DNA of 63,425 nucleotides, counting the filler, from Octopus bimaculoides (lineage: Eukaryota): the NCBI RefSeq assembly GCF_001194135.2. It is 4 parts of 4 records of this genome, joined end to end, with 100 filler letters (N's around TTAATTAATTAA, not from the genome) between each part and the next. Parts side by side here need not be neighbours in the genome. Positions count along the whole stretch, not along the records: positions 59,089 to 63,425 come from NC_069004.1; 3 more parts are not named here. One strand, written 5' to 3'. Below, in pieces: positions 63,155 through 63,425 of the stretch; position 1 is the first letter of the stretch, and every line of letters begins with the position of its first letter. A program made the translations under genes and the position numbers. The notes under the pieces are model-generated. The model worked only from the letters and a program-made list of their open reading frames with translations. It searched no databases and was not told the DNA's origin.

Positions 63155-63425
63155 CCAATGAAGCAAGTGAAATCGAATTCGAGTTAAATTCGACGCCTGG
63201 CACCCATGCCAACATCGTCTCCTTCATTGGAGACGAAACTCAGCTTGCGAAGACTTATTGGGGCAAGTGAAAGCGAAATCGTGATGGCACCTGTGCCCAG
63301 CATCGCCTTTCTGGCACTTGTGCTCGCGACATGTGTAAGGACTTTCGAGCAAGATCGTTGCCAGTGCCCCTGGACTGGCTCTTGTGCGGGTGGCACGTCA
63401 AATACACCATTCTGAGTGTGGGGCC
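63155..63425 (+). repeat. GC-richer interspersed repeat with internal ~100-bp duplication, cut by the window end
   Basis: GCAAGTGAAA[TG]CGAA at 63163 and 63263; repeated ggcac/gtgcc words. Resembles an abundant octopus repeat from memory; family not assigned. Confidence 0.55.

Overview
AT-rich, gap-ridden animal genomic DNA dominated by microsatellites and transposable-element debris. The SINE and repeat landscape matches what I recall of Octopus (coleoid cephalopod) DNA; this is an inference, not a database result. I find no intact protein-coding gene, rRNA, bona fide tRNA or CRISPR array, and the long ORFs in the track are artefacts of N-gaps and microsatellites. Supportable content: (i) many 5'-truncated R4/Dong-like RLE-type LINE fragments from several subfamilies, mostly embedded in (AAT)n tracts; (ii) a CR1/L2-type RT fragment; (iii) Penelope-like fragments with three hammerhead-ribozyme-like motifs; (iv) Tc1, mariner and DD37D (maT) transposon relics and MITEs; (v) dozens of tRNA-derived SINE copies from at least three families. 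Best second-look items: a 10-unit ~111-bp tandem array with a Pol III B-box in nearly every unit (7597-8630); a hammerhead with a ~100-nt stem II loop (6991-7138); a unique ~680-bp segment with nine TGACCA motifs, CCAAT boxes and a perfect 16-bp palindrome containing GTCACGTGAC (35430-36110); a dimeric ~85-bp SINE-like satellite (61959-62312); closely spaced inverted SINE pairs; and a promoter-like CpG-rich patch (56280-56620). None is proven to be a new biological system. Element boundaries are approximate unless defined by TIRs or motifs.
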